Source of the DNA: an uncultured Candidatus Binatia bacterium
Lineage (GTDB): Bacteria; Desulfobacterota; Binatia; UBA9968; CAXXLF01
Length of the DNA stretch: 64,000 nt
NCBI GenBank assembly: GCA_965218425.1
Contig: OZ244621.1
Span: 4,384,001-4,448,000, forward strand
Reading direction: 5' to 3'
Made by a program: the position numbers and the translations under genes. Below are positions 20,067 to 31,097 of the stretch, piece after piece; within the stretch, counting starts at the first letter, position 1, and every line of letters starts with the position of its first letter. The notes under the pieces were generated by a model. That model did not search any database. It was given only the letters and a program-made list of their open reading frames with translations, and had not been told where the DNA came from.

Positions 20067-20403
20067 AGACGGTGGTGGAGAGCCTTAGCTATGAATGTCT
20101 TATGGCAAGCAACGGTAAAGAGGCTGTGGATATGGCTGCCTCCGAATTACCGGATGTCATCATGATGGATGTGATGATGCCTCAGATGGACGGCTTTACA
20201 GCCGCGGGCCTTATTCGTCAGAATCCAAAAACTGAATCATACCAATCTTGGCTGTAACCGTTTTGAATTCCCATAAAAAGAAGCAACAGTGCCTGGACAG
20301 CGGGGACAACGATGTCATCCATAAGCCTTCGCGCCGTCACAATTGGCTGCCCACCTGGAAAGGCTTTTGAAGGAATCCGGTACTAAAGCCCAGCCGTCCT
20401 AAT
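20050..20403 (+). pseudogene. Response regulator receiver domain remnant
   Basis: ASNGKEAV, PDVIMMDVMMPQMDG, then frameshift to IPILAVT and KP; no proper start. Confidence 0.7.
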
Positions 20404-20456
20404 GTTAGAGGCTACCCTTTTTCTCCCCGCAAATGCGCAAAGCTTTCCTGGACAGA

Positions 20457-20894
20457 TTAAGAACGCACAATGTCTTCGTACGAAGGCTCGGGCATTCCCT
20501 GCTTCCAGGTTGGATCGCGGAGTTCAAGCCTGTTACCGCTGGGATCGTGGAAATAGAGCTCTCTTCCTGTGAAATAGCCCTTTGCCCGGTAAACCATCTC
20601 TATGATGGGAATTTTCTTTTCGTGAAACACCTTACACGCCTGCACAAAGGATTCCGGAGTTACCGTAAAGGAATGATGAATTCGATCCTCTCCTTTGGAC
20701 TCTTTTGGCACTGGGTGCTCTCGTTCACATAGCAGGATATTGTGGTCGCCCACGTTGAAGCAGGTCATCACAGCGTTGCCGAGCCGCCCAACATGCTTAA
20801 GGCCGAGCAAATCGCCGTAAAATTTCTCTGACTCTGGCACACTGTTCACTGGAATGGACCAGTGGGTCACGCCCTCAATTTTCAGTAATCCCAT
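20457..20894 (-). CDS. VOC family protein
   Basis: GVTHWSIPV and YFHDPSGNRLEL motifs; SD GGAGG. Confidence 0.85.
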   Translation of the reverse strand: MGLLKIEGVTHWSIPVNSVPESEKFYGDLLGLKHVGRLGNAVMTCFNVGDHNILLCEREHPVPKESKGEDRIHHSFTVTPESFVQACKVFHEKKIPIIEMVYRAKGYFTGRELYFHDPSGNRLELRDPTWKQGMPEPSYEDIVRS

Positions 20895-21150
20895 ACTCGC
20901 CTCCTTTGTGACATCCTACAATCGCCAATTTTTAACCGTTCGAATGATTATGCGCAACTGGGCCCGCACCCTTTCCCTCACCATACCCCACCTGAAGAGT
21001 TTGGCAGGTTACCCTTCGGCATCTATACCACCGTGCACTATGGTGTCAAGACAGGCAAGGCACTCTTTCAAAAAGTGTCGTGCGAAATGTCTCGTCCGCC
21101 ATGTCCGACCAGGGGAAACAAAGTTTGCATATTCTTCATCCCCGTCAACT

Positions 21151-21370
21151 TAGGGCTTCGGGGTCTTGCTTCGCTTCACGGGACTCCCGCAGCGACCCAC
21201 CGGGCCCACACTCGATGCTACGGGAGCTGCCGTGCCTGAGCGGAAGTTCGGTCCCGGGGCGTGGAAGCCTCTGCGAAGCTGAGGAAAAGCGGCATCGACT
21301 GTTCGAGCAAAGCGAGTTTCGAGGCTGCCCGCCGAGGAGCCCTGAAGCGAGGGACGGCGGCTCCCGTACA
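21151..21370. repeat. Dispersed GC-rich structured intergenic element (REP/MITE-like)
   Basis: 21152-21214 matches the reverse complement of 47239-47300 (34/36 core); 15-bp inverted repeat 21219-21233 / 21354-21368. Confidence 0.65.
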
Positions 21371-21531
21371 AGCATGTTCAATCCCTTACCAGAACTGAGG
21401 TTTTCAACCTGCGGAACCACACTTTTTGCGCTAGAGCCGGTAGGCGGAAGAGCGGGGTCAGTGACGCAGTTTCCGGAGAGCATCTGGAAAGCAGAAATTT
21501 CTTTAAAGGGTCCGACCGACGGCCTCCCACC

Positions 21532-22659
21532 TTAGAGTCGGTAGAGGCTCGCAGCATTTTTCCATAGCACTTTCTCCCGTGTCTCCACCGGGACACCCTG
21601 GAAGCACTGATGGATCGTCTCCTGGGTGTGGGGCCAGGTGGAAGTCGTCAGGGGAACATTGGTGGACCAAAGAATATGCTCCGCACCCACGTGCTGCACG
21701 AATGGCGCAACCTCGTCGAACCATGATGTGAAGCAGCACTGACGGTGGAACATCTCAGAAGGTTTCAACTCGTAACCCTCAGAGGCCAAGCCGTCATGCT
21801 CGAACTGATGGTCCGCCCACTCCATGTAGAGCATACCCCAGCTCAGGGCGCTTTCTGCGAGTATTACTTTTAGACGCGGGTGACGTAACAATACTCGCGA
21901 GAAGGAAAACAGAGAGATGACGAATACACTGGAGACCGGCTTGGTCACTGCTTCAAGGGCTTCCGTTAGGGCAGGAGCCAAGCCTGAATAGGGGGTGTAT
22001 TGCAGCTCAGGAGACGCCCCTGCGTGGAGGCAAACGGGCACGTTGAGCTCTTCACAGGCCTCCCACACTGGATCGTACTCGGGTCCACTGACATGGGGGA
22101 CTCCGCGCAGACTCATGGGTAGTGAAGGAAAGACAACTCCCCTATGCCCCTTGGCGACAGCCCGCTGAATCTCAGCAACGGTGGCCTGGGCCGGCCAGAT
22201 GGGCACGATGCACTGTGGGACGAAGCGCTCGCTGGTGGCTGCCCACTCCTCAATCAGCCAATCGTTGTACGCTTGCACACAGGCAAGCTCCAGTTCAGGG
22301 TCCTCCAGACGGCCGAAGGCCTCCCCCGCCAAGCCCGCAACTGTGGGGTAGAGCACTGAATAGTCGACGCCTGATTCGTCCATCAACTTAAGCCGTTCGG
22401 AGGGCACATAGGCTTGTGGTGGCACCTGATCCCAACGGCTTGGCTCATGGTTACGGTCGGCCATCAAGGCACCCGTCCTCGCGGAGTGACCCTCCACAAG
22501 TACCCGCCCATCCACCACCCACCGCTCGCTACCCTCGGATGTTTGTTCGAGGTGCGGGATACGGTGACCCCATCGGCCCCTGGAGAGACGATCAGCCCAC
22601 AAGGTTGGCGGTTCTTGCACGTGGTCGTCAACACTAATCAGGCCGAAATTTATCTGCAT
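21532..22659 (-). CDS. Amidohydrolase_2 family protein
   Basis: ISVDDH, AYNDW, PVCLH, LWKNAASLY motifs. Confidence 0.85.
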   Translation of the reverse strand: MQINFGLISVDDHVQEPPTLWADRLSRGRWGHRIPHLEQTSEGSERWVVDGRVLVEGHSARTGALMADRNHEPSRWDQVPPQAYVPSERLKLMDESGVDYSVLYPTVAGLAGEAFGRLEDPELELACVQAYNDWLIEEWAATSERFVPQCIVPIWPAQATVAEIQRAVAKGHRGVVFPSLPMSLRGVPHVSGPEYDPVWEACEELNVPVCLHAGASPELQYTPYSGLAPALTEALEAVTKPVSSVFVISLFSFSRVLLRHPRLKVILAESALSWGMLYMEWADHQFEHDGLASEGYELKPSEMFHRQCCFTSWFDEVAPFVQHVGAEHILWSTNVPLTTSTWPHTQETIHQCFQGVPVETREKVLWKNAASLYRL

Positions 22660-22673
22660 ACAAGCTTACCCCC

Positions 22674-23690
22674 TCAATGCTCTTTCGCCACTACGGCAGC
22701 CTCCATTTGGTAGACGCGCAGCGCGTTCTCGTAGAGCACCTTGCGACGGTCTTCCTGCGGCACCCCCTTCAGTACACGCTCAACCGAATCCCAGGATCGC
22801 GGATAGAAGGAAGCCACATGCGGGAAATCCGACTCCCACATTATGTTATCGATACCGATAAGGTGTCGGAGCTTAATTCCTTCTACCTCGAACCAGAAGT
22901 TCACGTACATCTGCCTTCGCACCGTTTCGCTCGGACGGCTGGAAATTCCTTCCGTCCATAGATGGCGACACTCCCACTCGTGGTCGCATGCGGCCAGCAC
23001 GTAGTTGAATCCCCCAATCCCGGCCTCGGCAAACACGCACTTGAGAAGTGGGAAGCGCTCTGTAACACCGGAAAAGATCAACTGTGGGATGATCTGAGCC
23101 GGTGTTACCGCAGATGTGGCGGTCATTGCCGAGTGGGCCTGCCTCGGCGAGTAACCACTCCACTTTCGCACGGACGCTCCTGCGCGGAGATTTGCTGAGC
23201 CGTGAAAATGAATAGGAAGACCCATTTCCTGGCAAGCACTCCAGATGGGGTCCCAGTAAGGGTCGCTGGTCTGCGCCCACTCGGCGAGGGAGTCATTGTA
23301 GGCTTTCACCACATCGAGCTCGTACTCTTTATCGCCGAACTCGAAGTACGCGCCGCCCGGTGGATTAGGAAAGAGCACTTCCGCATCAACTCCATCAGTA
23401 TCCAATGCCCGTAAACGTTCCTTGGGGACATACGCGGTCCGAGGAATATCCTCCCACCGCTGGGGATAGGTGGGAAATGGATCCCCCATCACTGCTGGGC
23501 AATTGCCAACGTTATCGCCGCGGGCGTTGCCATAGACCGCCCAACGGTTAACCTGGCGCCCATCCTTCTCCACCTCCACTACTTGGGGAATCCGGTTCCC
23601 CCACTTTTGCACCGACATCCGGGAGGTAAAAGCGTCACGGTCAAACCCCGCATGGGAGTCCACGCTTATGAGGCCGTAGTTAATTTCCAT
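22674..23690 (-). CDS. Amidohydrolase_2 family protein with an apparent in-frame internal deletion (possible pseudogene)
   Basis: ISVDSH and WESDFPH motifs; lacks about 50 aa present in the adjacent paralogue. Confidence 0.75.
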   Translation of the reverse strand: MEINYGLISVDSHAGFDRDAFTSRMSVQKWGNRIPQVVEVEKDGRQVNRWAVYGNARGDNVGNCPAVMGDPFPTYPQRWEDIPRTAYVPKERLRALDTDGVDAEVLFPNPPGGAYFEFGDKEYELDVVKAYNDSLAEWAQTSDPYWDPIWSACQEMGLPIHFHGSANLRAGASVRKWSGYSPRQAHSAMTATSAVTPAQIIPQLIFSGVTERFPLLKCVFAEAGIGGFNYVLAACDHEWECRHLWTEGISSRPSETVRRQMYVNFWFEVEGIKLRHLIGIDNIMWESDFPHVASFYPRSWDSVERVLKGVPQEDRRKVLYENALRVYQMEAAVVAKEH

Positions 23691-23828
23691 CTCTGCTCCA
23701 AAACATTTTTTAAAAACCGTGGATCGGACAGCAAAATGCCCAAACAACATACCAAACTTGCGTGTCTTCGCAACCGTAAGCACATACGGAAAAACTTTTG
23801 CCTGCACCTGGTGGTGCACGGGAACAAT

Positions 23829-25001
23829 CTAAACTTTGGACTTGCGCCTGACGGCCCAGGTTCCCAACAGAAAAACCATGGTCGAACCGAGAGGCCCAAT
23901 CACAAAGACGCCGCCCAGACTGGTAACCTGTGCAATGAATCCCCCCAGGACCGGACCGAGAATATTGCCCAAGTCACCCGCAGCATTGAAGATCCCCGTG
24001 GCTACTCCACGTGGCACCTTGTGCTCGGGCACCTCCTGTACCAGTCCAACGGTGTTGGCCACGATCACCACGGCACGGGTGAAACCCACCACAACGTAAA
24101 CGGCTAAAATCGTACCAAAACCGGTGAACAGTGGGATCAACATAAGAATGGCAGACTGCAATGGCAGCCCAAAGTAAGACAAACCTCGATGCCCCACCTT
24201 GTCCACCACATGACCACTGATGGGCCGGGTGATGGCATTGCACCCCGCGTAAGCCGCACGCATCACCCCGATCTGCGTAAGACTCATTCCCACAGCCAAC
24301 CCGTATAGGGAAATAAACACGCTACTCATCTGATGCAACAAATTGAGGAACATGGCCACAATGACCACAATGGCCAGTTCGGGCTGCAAAATCGCCTTCA
24401 ACGTTTCTCTAGAGGTTAGTGTTGAGTGTTCCCGCACCTTGCCACGGTTTTCTCCACTGGAACCACGCAACAACCACAAAAGAGCGACAGGGAGTAACGA
24501 TACCAAAGCCCCTACCTGGAACGTCAACCTGTAACCAAAATGGTCCGCAATAAATCCGCCTAAAAAACCCCCTGTGGAATAACCCACCGCCAGGCTACCC
24601 ACATAATACCCCATGGCGTGGTTGCGGTTCTCGCTCGATGGCAGAGAATCAACGAAAAAGGCCATGTACAATGTCGTTACCGCGCCCAAGGCAAGTCCGT
24701 TGAAAGAATGCACAACGGCAAAGGTTACATCATCCGTAGCGAAGCTATATGAGTAAATGGTCACGCCCACCATCAAGATCGCGCCAGCAATGAGCATTCG
24801 AGCCCGACGTTGGCTGTAAACCATTCCCACGGGTAACCGTGAAAGCAGGGCGAAGATGGGACCGAGTGAAATCAAGGTGCCGATGGCGGCAACCGGAATG
24901 GACAACTCTTTAAGGTACGGGGGGATAATCGTCGACGCCATGTTGTTTTGCACCGTAATGGCAACCACAGGAACCAGGAGTTTTAAGGTCTGAAGGTTCA
25001 T
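23829..25001 (-). CDS. MFS transporter
   Basis: About 12 TM segments; GGFIADHFGYR and SGHVVDKVGHR motifs. Confidence 0.85.
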   Translation of the reverse strand: MNLQTLKLLVPVVAITVQNNMASTIIPPYLKELSIPVAAIGTLISLGPIFALLSRLPVGMVYSQRRARMLIAGAILMVGVTIYSYSFATDDVTFAVVHSFNGLALGAVTTLYMAFFVDSLPSSENRNHAMGYYVGSLAVGYSTGGFLGGFIADHFGYRLTFQVGALVSLLPVALLWLLRGSSGENRGKVREHSTLTSRETLKAILQPELAIVVIVAMFLNLLHQMSSVFISLYGLAVGMSLTQIGVMRAAYAGCNAITRPISGHVVDKVGHRGLSYFGLPLQSAILMLIPLFTGFGTILAVYVVVGFTRAVVIVANTVGLVQEVPEHKVPRGVATGIFNAAGDLGNILGPVLGGFIAQVTSLGGVFVIGPLGSTMVFLLGTWAVRRKSKV

Positions 25002-25262
25002 TTGGGTTTCGTATCGAAGGTTTCAAACAGAACCGTCAATTTTCTATTGGTAAAGGTATGGCTGCATTGGAAATAGGATGCGGTTAAGTGTAACAGGCGC
25101 TCCATGGTTGTACAAAACGCGCAGCTTGAACTCAGAGGGCTGGTAAAGTCTTGTGCATTGTGGAGGTGGTGAGACGGTTTGCGGCCGGCGCGGGATCTGC
25201 CGTGGCAAGGTCAATCAATCACAGGATCAGTTAAGAATGGAAGGCTATTCACACAGCGCTTT

Positions 25263-26168
25263 TTAGCTATCCACCGCTTCTTCGTAGGAGGCCCCGGCAT
25301 TTGTCTTAGTGTCGAATAGATTTCGCGCGCGCATCCAGTTCTGGGTCTTTTCAAAGATTTCTTTAGTGTACGACTGCGGCACCACGCGTTCGCCGATCCC
25401 GAAACGTCGAACGTCCACTTTGTCGTGAAAGCGCTCAGGGATCTCATTGAGAAAGTAGTGCTTGTATCGCTCCGGTTCCACATCAATGTCGGTTTGTGCC
25501 CAGACCAAGCAACCCATATAGCGCTCTACATTACCTGCATCTGCCTCGCGGGGGAACATAAAGGCCATCATGAACGTCGTGGAGAGGATCCTTCGAAATC
25601 CATGTTGCTCCAGCAGGTACAATTCCGGTCCCCATACATTCACCGCGGGTGTCTTCCCCGCCAGCGCGGCATCAACCCGAGCCCAGGAGGTGCCAATGAA
25701 TTTAAGCGCAATGTCTTTGGGGGATAAAAAGACCTCCAACGCCTGCAGAGCCGAATAATGGCTCCCTGAATGATAACCCACGGCAACCTCGATTCCCGCC
25801 AGTTCTCCGGGCTCCGAAACCTTTGAATCACCGGGGACCACAATGGCAGATTCGCAAACACTGTATGCCTTCCCCCACATAATTCCTTCTTTAACCTTCG
25901 CAGCCTGGTTAACCGTCCAATGGCAGGCACAGCTTACATCTCCAGCACCTCCACCCTTTCGGCCATGTCCTTCCGCATAGCGTTCAAATGCACCAAACAA
26001 GTTATCTTTGAGTGGAGTTGACGAATCGACACCGGTGAGCTCGGGAGTGCTTTTACGGCTTCCCTCCACATTGAACGCGTACTCGAGACCCGCGTCACGA
26101 AAATAGCCTTTTTCGTCCGCAACCCAATCGTTAAGCCTACCATGCGGTTGAATGATAAATTTTGCCAT
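25263..26168 (-). CDS. ABC transporter substrate-binding-fold protein (NMT1/SsuA-like)
   Basis: VADEKGYFRDAGLE and ELAGIEVAVGYHSGSH motifs; no signal peptide. Confidence 0.65.
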   Translation of the reverse strand: MAKFIIQPHGRLNDWVADEKGYFRDAGLEYAFNVEGSRKSTPELTGVDSSTPLKDNLFGAFERYAEGHGRKGGGAGDVSCACHWTVNQAAKVKEGIMWGKAYSVCESAIVVPGDSKVSEPGELAGIEVAVGYHSGSHYSALQALEVFLSPKDIALKFIGTSWARVDAALAGKTPAVNVWGPELYLLEQHGFRRILSTTFMMAFMFPREADAGNVERYMGCLVWAQTDIDVEPERYKHYFLNEIPERFHDKVDVRRFGIGERVVPQSYTKEIFEKTQNWMRARNLFDTKTNAGASYEEAVDS

Positions 26169-26438
26169 GGGAATTGCCCCCATTAAATTTTTATAGCCGG
26201 ATGGCACCCCACCTGGTCACTCATCTCCCGCCACCACATTATTGCACTTATCACAACAATGAGCGCGCCAACAATAGCCCGACTTATCAAAACAGGACAA
26301 GAGCCTCCAGTTAGATAGGCATGAATCCGCCGATTGCTCTCGTGGCGCTCAATTTCCTGTCTCGTAGGCCGGTCTATTGCCCTATCCTAAGAAACCATCT
26401 GCAGTGAGTGAAGAGTATCAGCCCCTCTATCTGAAATC

Positions 26439-26480
26439 TGGAGCCATCCATCGCAGTCGAACCGGCGGCCTACTGATAAT
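26439..26480 (-). other. Degenerate 3' half of a tRNA (Thr-like), probable att-site remnant
   Basis: Minus strand ATTATCAGTAGGCCGCCGGTTCGACTGCGATGGATGGCTCCA: GGTTCGA T-loop, acceptor 3' strand and CCA; no 5' half. Confidence 0.55.
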
Positions 26481-26613
26481 GAGACGAAAGAAGGTCCGCA
26501 CCAGCACCGAGTCGCACCTGGAAATGCGGGATAGAACATATGCGCGAACTTTGCGCCAGAAAGGATTATTGCCAGCGCTGCTTCGAATTGTGGCCATCGG
26601 CTCTGACCTTCTC

Positions 26614-26658
26614 AACTAAAGGAAGGGGCAACCCGACCAGTTGCCCCTTCCTTTAGTT
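26614..26658. terminator. Perfect 19-bp inverted repeat downstream of the RRM gene
   Basis: AACTAAAGGAAGGGGCAAC-7 nt-GTTGCCCCTTCCTTTAGTT. Confidence 0.7.
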
Positions 26659-26675
26659 ACTTAGGAGTGAGAAAA

Positions 26676-26984
26676 CTACCAGCGATTGCGCTCGCCGCTT
26701 CTGTTTCCACGACCTCCCCCATCATTGTCGCGCTTTACCATAGGTTTAGCCTCATTGACCACCAGGGAACGACTATCCAGCTGGGTGCCGTTCAGGCCAT
26801 CGATAGCTTTCTGCGCCTCACCTCCGGAACTCATCTCCACGAAGCCGAAGCCCCGGGACTGGCCGGTCAATTTATCCGTTATTACTCTGGCGGTTTCTAC
26901 GGTTCCGTGAGCGGCGAATATTTCCTACAGTTTCCCTTCCGTTACAGAATATGGCAAACCGCCAACATACAATTTATTATTCAT
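26676..26984 (-). pseudogene. RRM RNA-binding protein with premature TAG
   Basis: MNNKLYVGGLPYSVTEGKL*EIFAAHG..RGFGFVEM (RNP2/RNP1); TAG at 26925-26927; SD AAGGAGG. Confidence 0.85.
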
Positions 26985-27018
26985 GTTCTCCTCCTTAATG
27001 AGAGAATGTTAGTGTCTT

Positions 27019-28219
27019 TGACCTGCTCCCCTTTTTGTCCTCACCTATAAGTTAGTGGTGTTTCGTTGTGGTCCGCTCCGGACCGGGTTGCAAACTCCAT
27101 CGGTGTGAGTCCGTTAAGGCTCGTGTGTGGTCTTCTGGCGTTGTAGTCGACCCTCCAGTCTTCGATGATCTCTCGCGCATGGCGGTAGCTGATGAATATG
27201 TGCTCGTTCAGGCATTCATCACGCACACGCCCGATGAAGCTCTCCACCAACCCGTTCTGCATGGGCTTGCCCGGAGCGATGTCGTGCCACTCTACCCGGC
27301 GACCCTGCTGCCATCGCAGCATCGCATTCGACGTGAACTCGGTGCCGTTATCGGACACCACTAGGAGGGGATCACCGCGCCGTTGAGCGATGTGGTCCAG
27401 TTCTCGGGCAACCCGCTCTGCGGTGATGGAGTTGTCTACGATGGTGGCCAGGCACTCCCGTGTGAAGTCGTCGATCACGCAGAGCACACGGAAACGCCGG
27501 CTGTCGACCAAGGCGTCGGATGCGAAGTCCACCGACCAGCGCTGATTGGCCCCTTGCGGGATCGTCATCGGCGCCCGGCTCCCAAGCGCCCGCTTGCGAC
27601 CGCCCCGTTTGCGCACCGCCAACTTCTCCTCCTTGTAGAGCTGGTAGAGCTTCTTGCGATTCACCACCACGCCTTCCCGCGCCAGCAACAGGTGCAGGCG
27701 CCGATACCCGAAACGACGGCGTTCCGCCGCCAGCTCCCGCAGCTTCTGCCGTAACTCCCCGTCATCCGGTCTCATCGACCGATAACGGTAGACCCGCGGC
27801 TCGATGCCCAACAGACCACAAGCCCGCCGCTGCGAGTCACCCTTTTCCTTCATCGCCCAGTCCACGGCTTCTCTCCTGGACCTGGGCGTCAGAAGTCTTT
27901 TCCCACCATCTCCTTGAGCGTCGATACGTCCAGTATCGCGTCCGCCAAAAGACGCTTCAGCTTGGCGTTCTCCGTCTCCAGGCTCCGAAGCCGTTTCGCC
28001 TCAGACACCTCCAGCCCGCTATACTTCGAGCGCCACTTGTACAACGTCGCGTCACTGACGCCGTGCTTGCGACACAGCTCCGTCGCCCCCAGCCCCGCCT
28101 GGTGCTCCTTCAGAATCCCGACGATCTGTGTTTCGCTGAACCTGCTCTTGCGCATGCGTGCCCCTCCTCTTCGGTCAAAGACTAACCTCTAGGTGAGGAC
28201 AATCAAGGGGAGCAGGTCA
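27019..28219 (-). mobile_element. IS3 family (IS407-like) element, 1201 bp
   Basis: IRs TGACCTGCTCCCCTT / AAGGGGAGCAGGTCA; 4-bp target duplication TCTT (27015-27018, 28220-28223). Confidence 0.95.
27041..28155 (-). CDS. IS3 transposase OrfA (27889-28155) / OrfB, joined by -1 frameshift
   Basis: HTH OrfA; DDE OrfB (WSVDF, SDNGTEF, VESF); slippery G GGA AAA at the end of OrfA. Confidence 0.9.
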
Positions 28220-28397
28220 TCTTTTACCCTGAGAATCTGAATGCTAATGGGGGGAGAACATGGGAGACTCAGCAATGGCAACCACGCTCTGGTCGGTTCG
28301 TCCTTTAGATATCCTATCGCAAGGAAAGACTGATTTAGGCCTTCACCAATGTGCTATCCTCTTTCAAAAGGCCCTATACTGAAGTAGGATCTTGGCA

Positions 28398-28877
28398 CTA
28401 TTTTTTCCTGTTTCCGGGTAATCCAACCTTTCTCTTCTGGGCGGCTAGCTTTCTGAGTAGACGCTTTCTTTCCTTTAGGCATGAGGGCTGCCCAACCTTA
28501 GCACCTTCCATTTCCAGACTTCCGCAAGCTAAGCAGGACGGACAAATCCATGCGCCGCATTGACAGCGACCCCTTGGCAAGTCCTTCAGGCCAGGCTTGC
28601 TTATAAATGAGCAATGACAACGTGAGCAAACCACCGTTACAACCCCGTCCAGAATCTCCAAATCCTCGGGGGGGGCAACCCGCCGTATGGACTCCCCCTT
28701 AACTGCCACACGATATTGGAATATCTGCTTCGTGTTAGCCATTTGCAGCAACTCTCCTGCCACGGTGAAGCAGGCCTTAATCTCAGTTATGCCGTCTATC
28801 TGTCCCTCGTAGCCCACCACGTTATGACGTATCAGCGTTCCGTCTTGTAGTTTGAGTGGCTCTGTTCTCTCCGACAT
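28398..28877 (-). CDS. Hypothetical protein with C-terminal Cys-rich zinc ribbon
   Basis: CSRC, CQCG, CPSC motifs; SD GAGG. Confidence 0.6.
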   Translation of the reverse strand: MSERTEPLKLQDGTLIRHNVVGYEGQIDGITEIKACFTVAGELLQMANTKQIFQYRVAVKGESIRRVAPPEDLEILDGVVTVVCSRCHCSFISKPGLKDLPRGRCQCGAWICPSCLACGSLEMEGAKVGQPSCLKERKRLLRKLAAQKRKVGLPGNRKK

Positions 28878-29058
28878 GTCAACCTCGCTAAATCAAATTT
28901 TAAAAAAACCCTGCCCTGTTCAGCTTTCGCCTTTCAAGCAGGGAGTCATTGGGTCTAAAATAACAATGCAATCTGTCCTTCTTAACCTGAATGAGGGAGC
29001 CAAAACGTTTCATTTCCCAATCTCTCTCTCCCTAAACCGCAAGCCTTACCCCTTGACC

Positions 29059-30585
29059 TTAAGTGTTATTTACTGTGCCGGCTCTAAGGGCGGCGATTCT
29101 CTGCGAATCCCGGAGTTTTTTTAGGGCTGTGGCCTCAATTTGGCGAATTCTTTCCCGGGTGACACCGAAGACCTTCCCCGTCTCCTCGAGCGTATAATCC
29201 GAATTTTCTCTGATCCCAAAACGCATGCGTATAATCTTTTCTTCCCTAGGGCTGAGAGTTGTCAAGATTCGTTGTGTCTCCGCTTGAAGGTTAAGATCCA
29301 TAATCGTTTTCTCAGGATCAGGAGAATGCTCATCCCTGATGAAGTCCCCTAGACAGCTCTCTGCCTCATTGCCCATGGGCGCTTCGAGAGAGACGGGTTC
29401 TTTTACCAGGTTGAAAATTAACCGCACCTTGTCCACGGGTATTGTCATTGCAGCGGCAATCTCCTCAAGAACGGGCCTACGACCTAATTGGTGATTGAGG
29501 GCACTGACCGTCTTGGTAAATTTGTTAGCGATGTCAACCATATGGACCGGGATGCGAATGGTACGAGAGTAATCAGATAGGGCCCGGGTGATGGCCTGAC
29601 GTATCCACCAGCTTGCATAGGTAGAAAATCTAAATCCTAACCGATAATTAAACTTCTCCACGGCCCTCATGAGTCCAATGTTACCTTCCTGGATCAGATC
29701 GAGTATGTGGAGGCCTCGACCGCAATACTTTTTCGCTATGGTTACTACCAGACGGAGATTGGCCTCGGCGAAGTGATTCTTTGCCCGAGCAGCTTGGGCT
29801 TTTTTCTCAAAGATGGTCCCAACCCTCCGAGCCACTTCCTGCTCAGACATGCCTATTTCCTTTTCTATCGTCCGTATCACGTTTTTTGATTTTGTCTTTC
29901 CCCGGGCTATTCGTTCAAGCCCCTTGAGCCTCTCGTCAGTCTGTTTGTGCTCCTGAATAATAATCTCGATCTGGTAGCGATTGAGTTGAAGGGCTTTAAT
30001 AATGGCAGTAATCTTTTCCCTCTGCCGGAGGATTTTTACATCCAGATGCTTTCGACCCAGTTCGCTCGATTGCTTGTCCAGACGTCTCATCATGTCTTCA
30101 CACGTCCTGGCCCGATACTCGAGTTTCCTCATTTCAGCCAAAAAGCGAGTTTTAAGGATTTTTTCATGTGCCAAGACGTCCGCCGATGCCTCCCCTGAAT
30201 GCTTGACCACATCAAGCACGCTCACCGACCCTTCAGCAATTTGTTTTCCGAGACCGAGCGTCCAACGCATGGTAAAAAGAGAAGATAGGACCGCTTTGGC
30301 AATCTGTGCCTCACACTCCTCGATCTCCTGGGCCAATTTTACTTCTTCTCCATGGCTCAGGAGAGGGACAGATCTTAATTGCTGTAGATAAACAAAGACG
30401 GGGTCGTTTGAGTTACCTGCGGCATCGTTCTCGAAGTCAGTTTCCGCCTCTCCTTGATCCGACACTTCATCCGCCTGGCTCTCTGGAATGATAGGCAGTG
30501 AATCCTCCATTCCCTCTAGGAAAAGGTTGGGATTCTCCCCTTTAACGGTATCACTCTCAATCATCTTTCGAGCTCGGTCAGACAA
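29059..30585 (-). CDS. RpoD-like sigma-70 factor paralogue (region 1.1 not evident)
   Basis: DPVFVYL (1.2), [38 protein letters not shown] (4.2). Confidence 0.9.
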   Translation of the reverse strand: MSDRARKMIESDTVKGENPNLFLEGMEDSLPIIPESQADEVSDQGEAETDFENDAAGNSNDPVFVYLQQLRSVPLLSHGEEVKLAQEIEECEAQIAKAVLSSLFTMRWTLGLGKQIAEGSVSVLDVVKHSGEASADVLAHEKILKTRFLAEMRKLEYRARTCEDMMRRLDKQSSELGRKHLDVKILRQREKITAIIKALQLNRYQIEIIIQEHKQTDERLKGLERIARGKTKSKNVIRTIEKEIGMSEQEVARRVGTIFEKKAQAARAKNHFAEANLRLVVTIAKKYCGRGLHILDLIQEGNIGLMRAVEKFNYRLGFRFSTYASWWIRQAITRALSDYSRTIRIPVHMVDIANKFTKTVSALNHQLGRRPVLEEIAAAMTIPVDKVRLIFNLVKEPVSLEAPMGNEAESCLGDFIRDEHSPDPEKTIMDLNLQAETQRILTTLSPREEKIIRMRFGIRENSDYTLEETGKVFGVTRERIRQIEATALKKLRDSQRIAALRAGTVNNT

Positions 30586-30590
30586 ACCCC

Positions 30591-30881
30591 TTATTGACGC
30601 CCAGCGGAAGGCAAGAATCTTGCGGAAAGCATCCGGGCAACCGACACTAGAGTCACAGAACCGAGGACCGCCGTAGCATATCTGCTAATCAAGCCGGTTT
30701 CCCCTATACCGGCCCCAAAAATTAGATAGCCGCCAATGGAGGCACCTGCGATTCCGATGATGAAATCCAACCAATAGCCGGCGGAACTACCTAAAGCTGT
30801 TCCATAGCCGTGGTCACCAATTATCTTTCCTGTGAACCAACTGGTAGCCCCTACAGTTAGAACCCAAAGTAATCCGCCCAC
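30591..30881 (-). CDS. GlsB/YeaQ/YmgE transglycosylase-associated membrane protein
   Basis: Small three-TM Gly-rich protein; [15 protein letters not shown] and AVLGSV; SD GGAGG. Confidence 0.7.
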   Translation of the reverse strand: MGGLLWVLTVGATSWFTGKIIGDHGYGTALGSSAGYWLDFIIGIAGASIGGYLIFGAGIGETGLISRYATAVLGSVTLVSVARMLSARFLPSAGRQ

Positions 30882-31097
30882 AAGAACCTCCTACTATTTG
30901 CCGTTACGACCAACCTTCCGGGTTAGCTGGTTTAAAGGAGGCTTACTTGAAGAATTTCGAATAACCGAGGTGTGAACCCTGCGTTTGCTATTCAACTTGT
31001 ACACTCTAATCTACTTAACTAATTTTGTCAAGTCAATTCTTTACAGACGGCACAAAAGGTGATATAAATAACCAGATCAGTTAACTCAGGGAAAAAG

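Noticed and set aside
21080..21535. ORFs 21080-21535, 21145-21483 and 47140-47565 as real genes
   Set aside because: They overlie GC-rich non-coding repeats and show no recognisable motifs
26925..26927. Genome-wide TAG reassignment
   Set aside because: Intact genes end in TAG at expected lengths (4421, 5772, 10485, 44857), and the IS TAGs are copy-specific mutations
27520..28185. Long antisense ORFs within IS elements and other genes
   Set aside because: Shadow frames of well-supported opposite-strand genes
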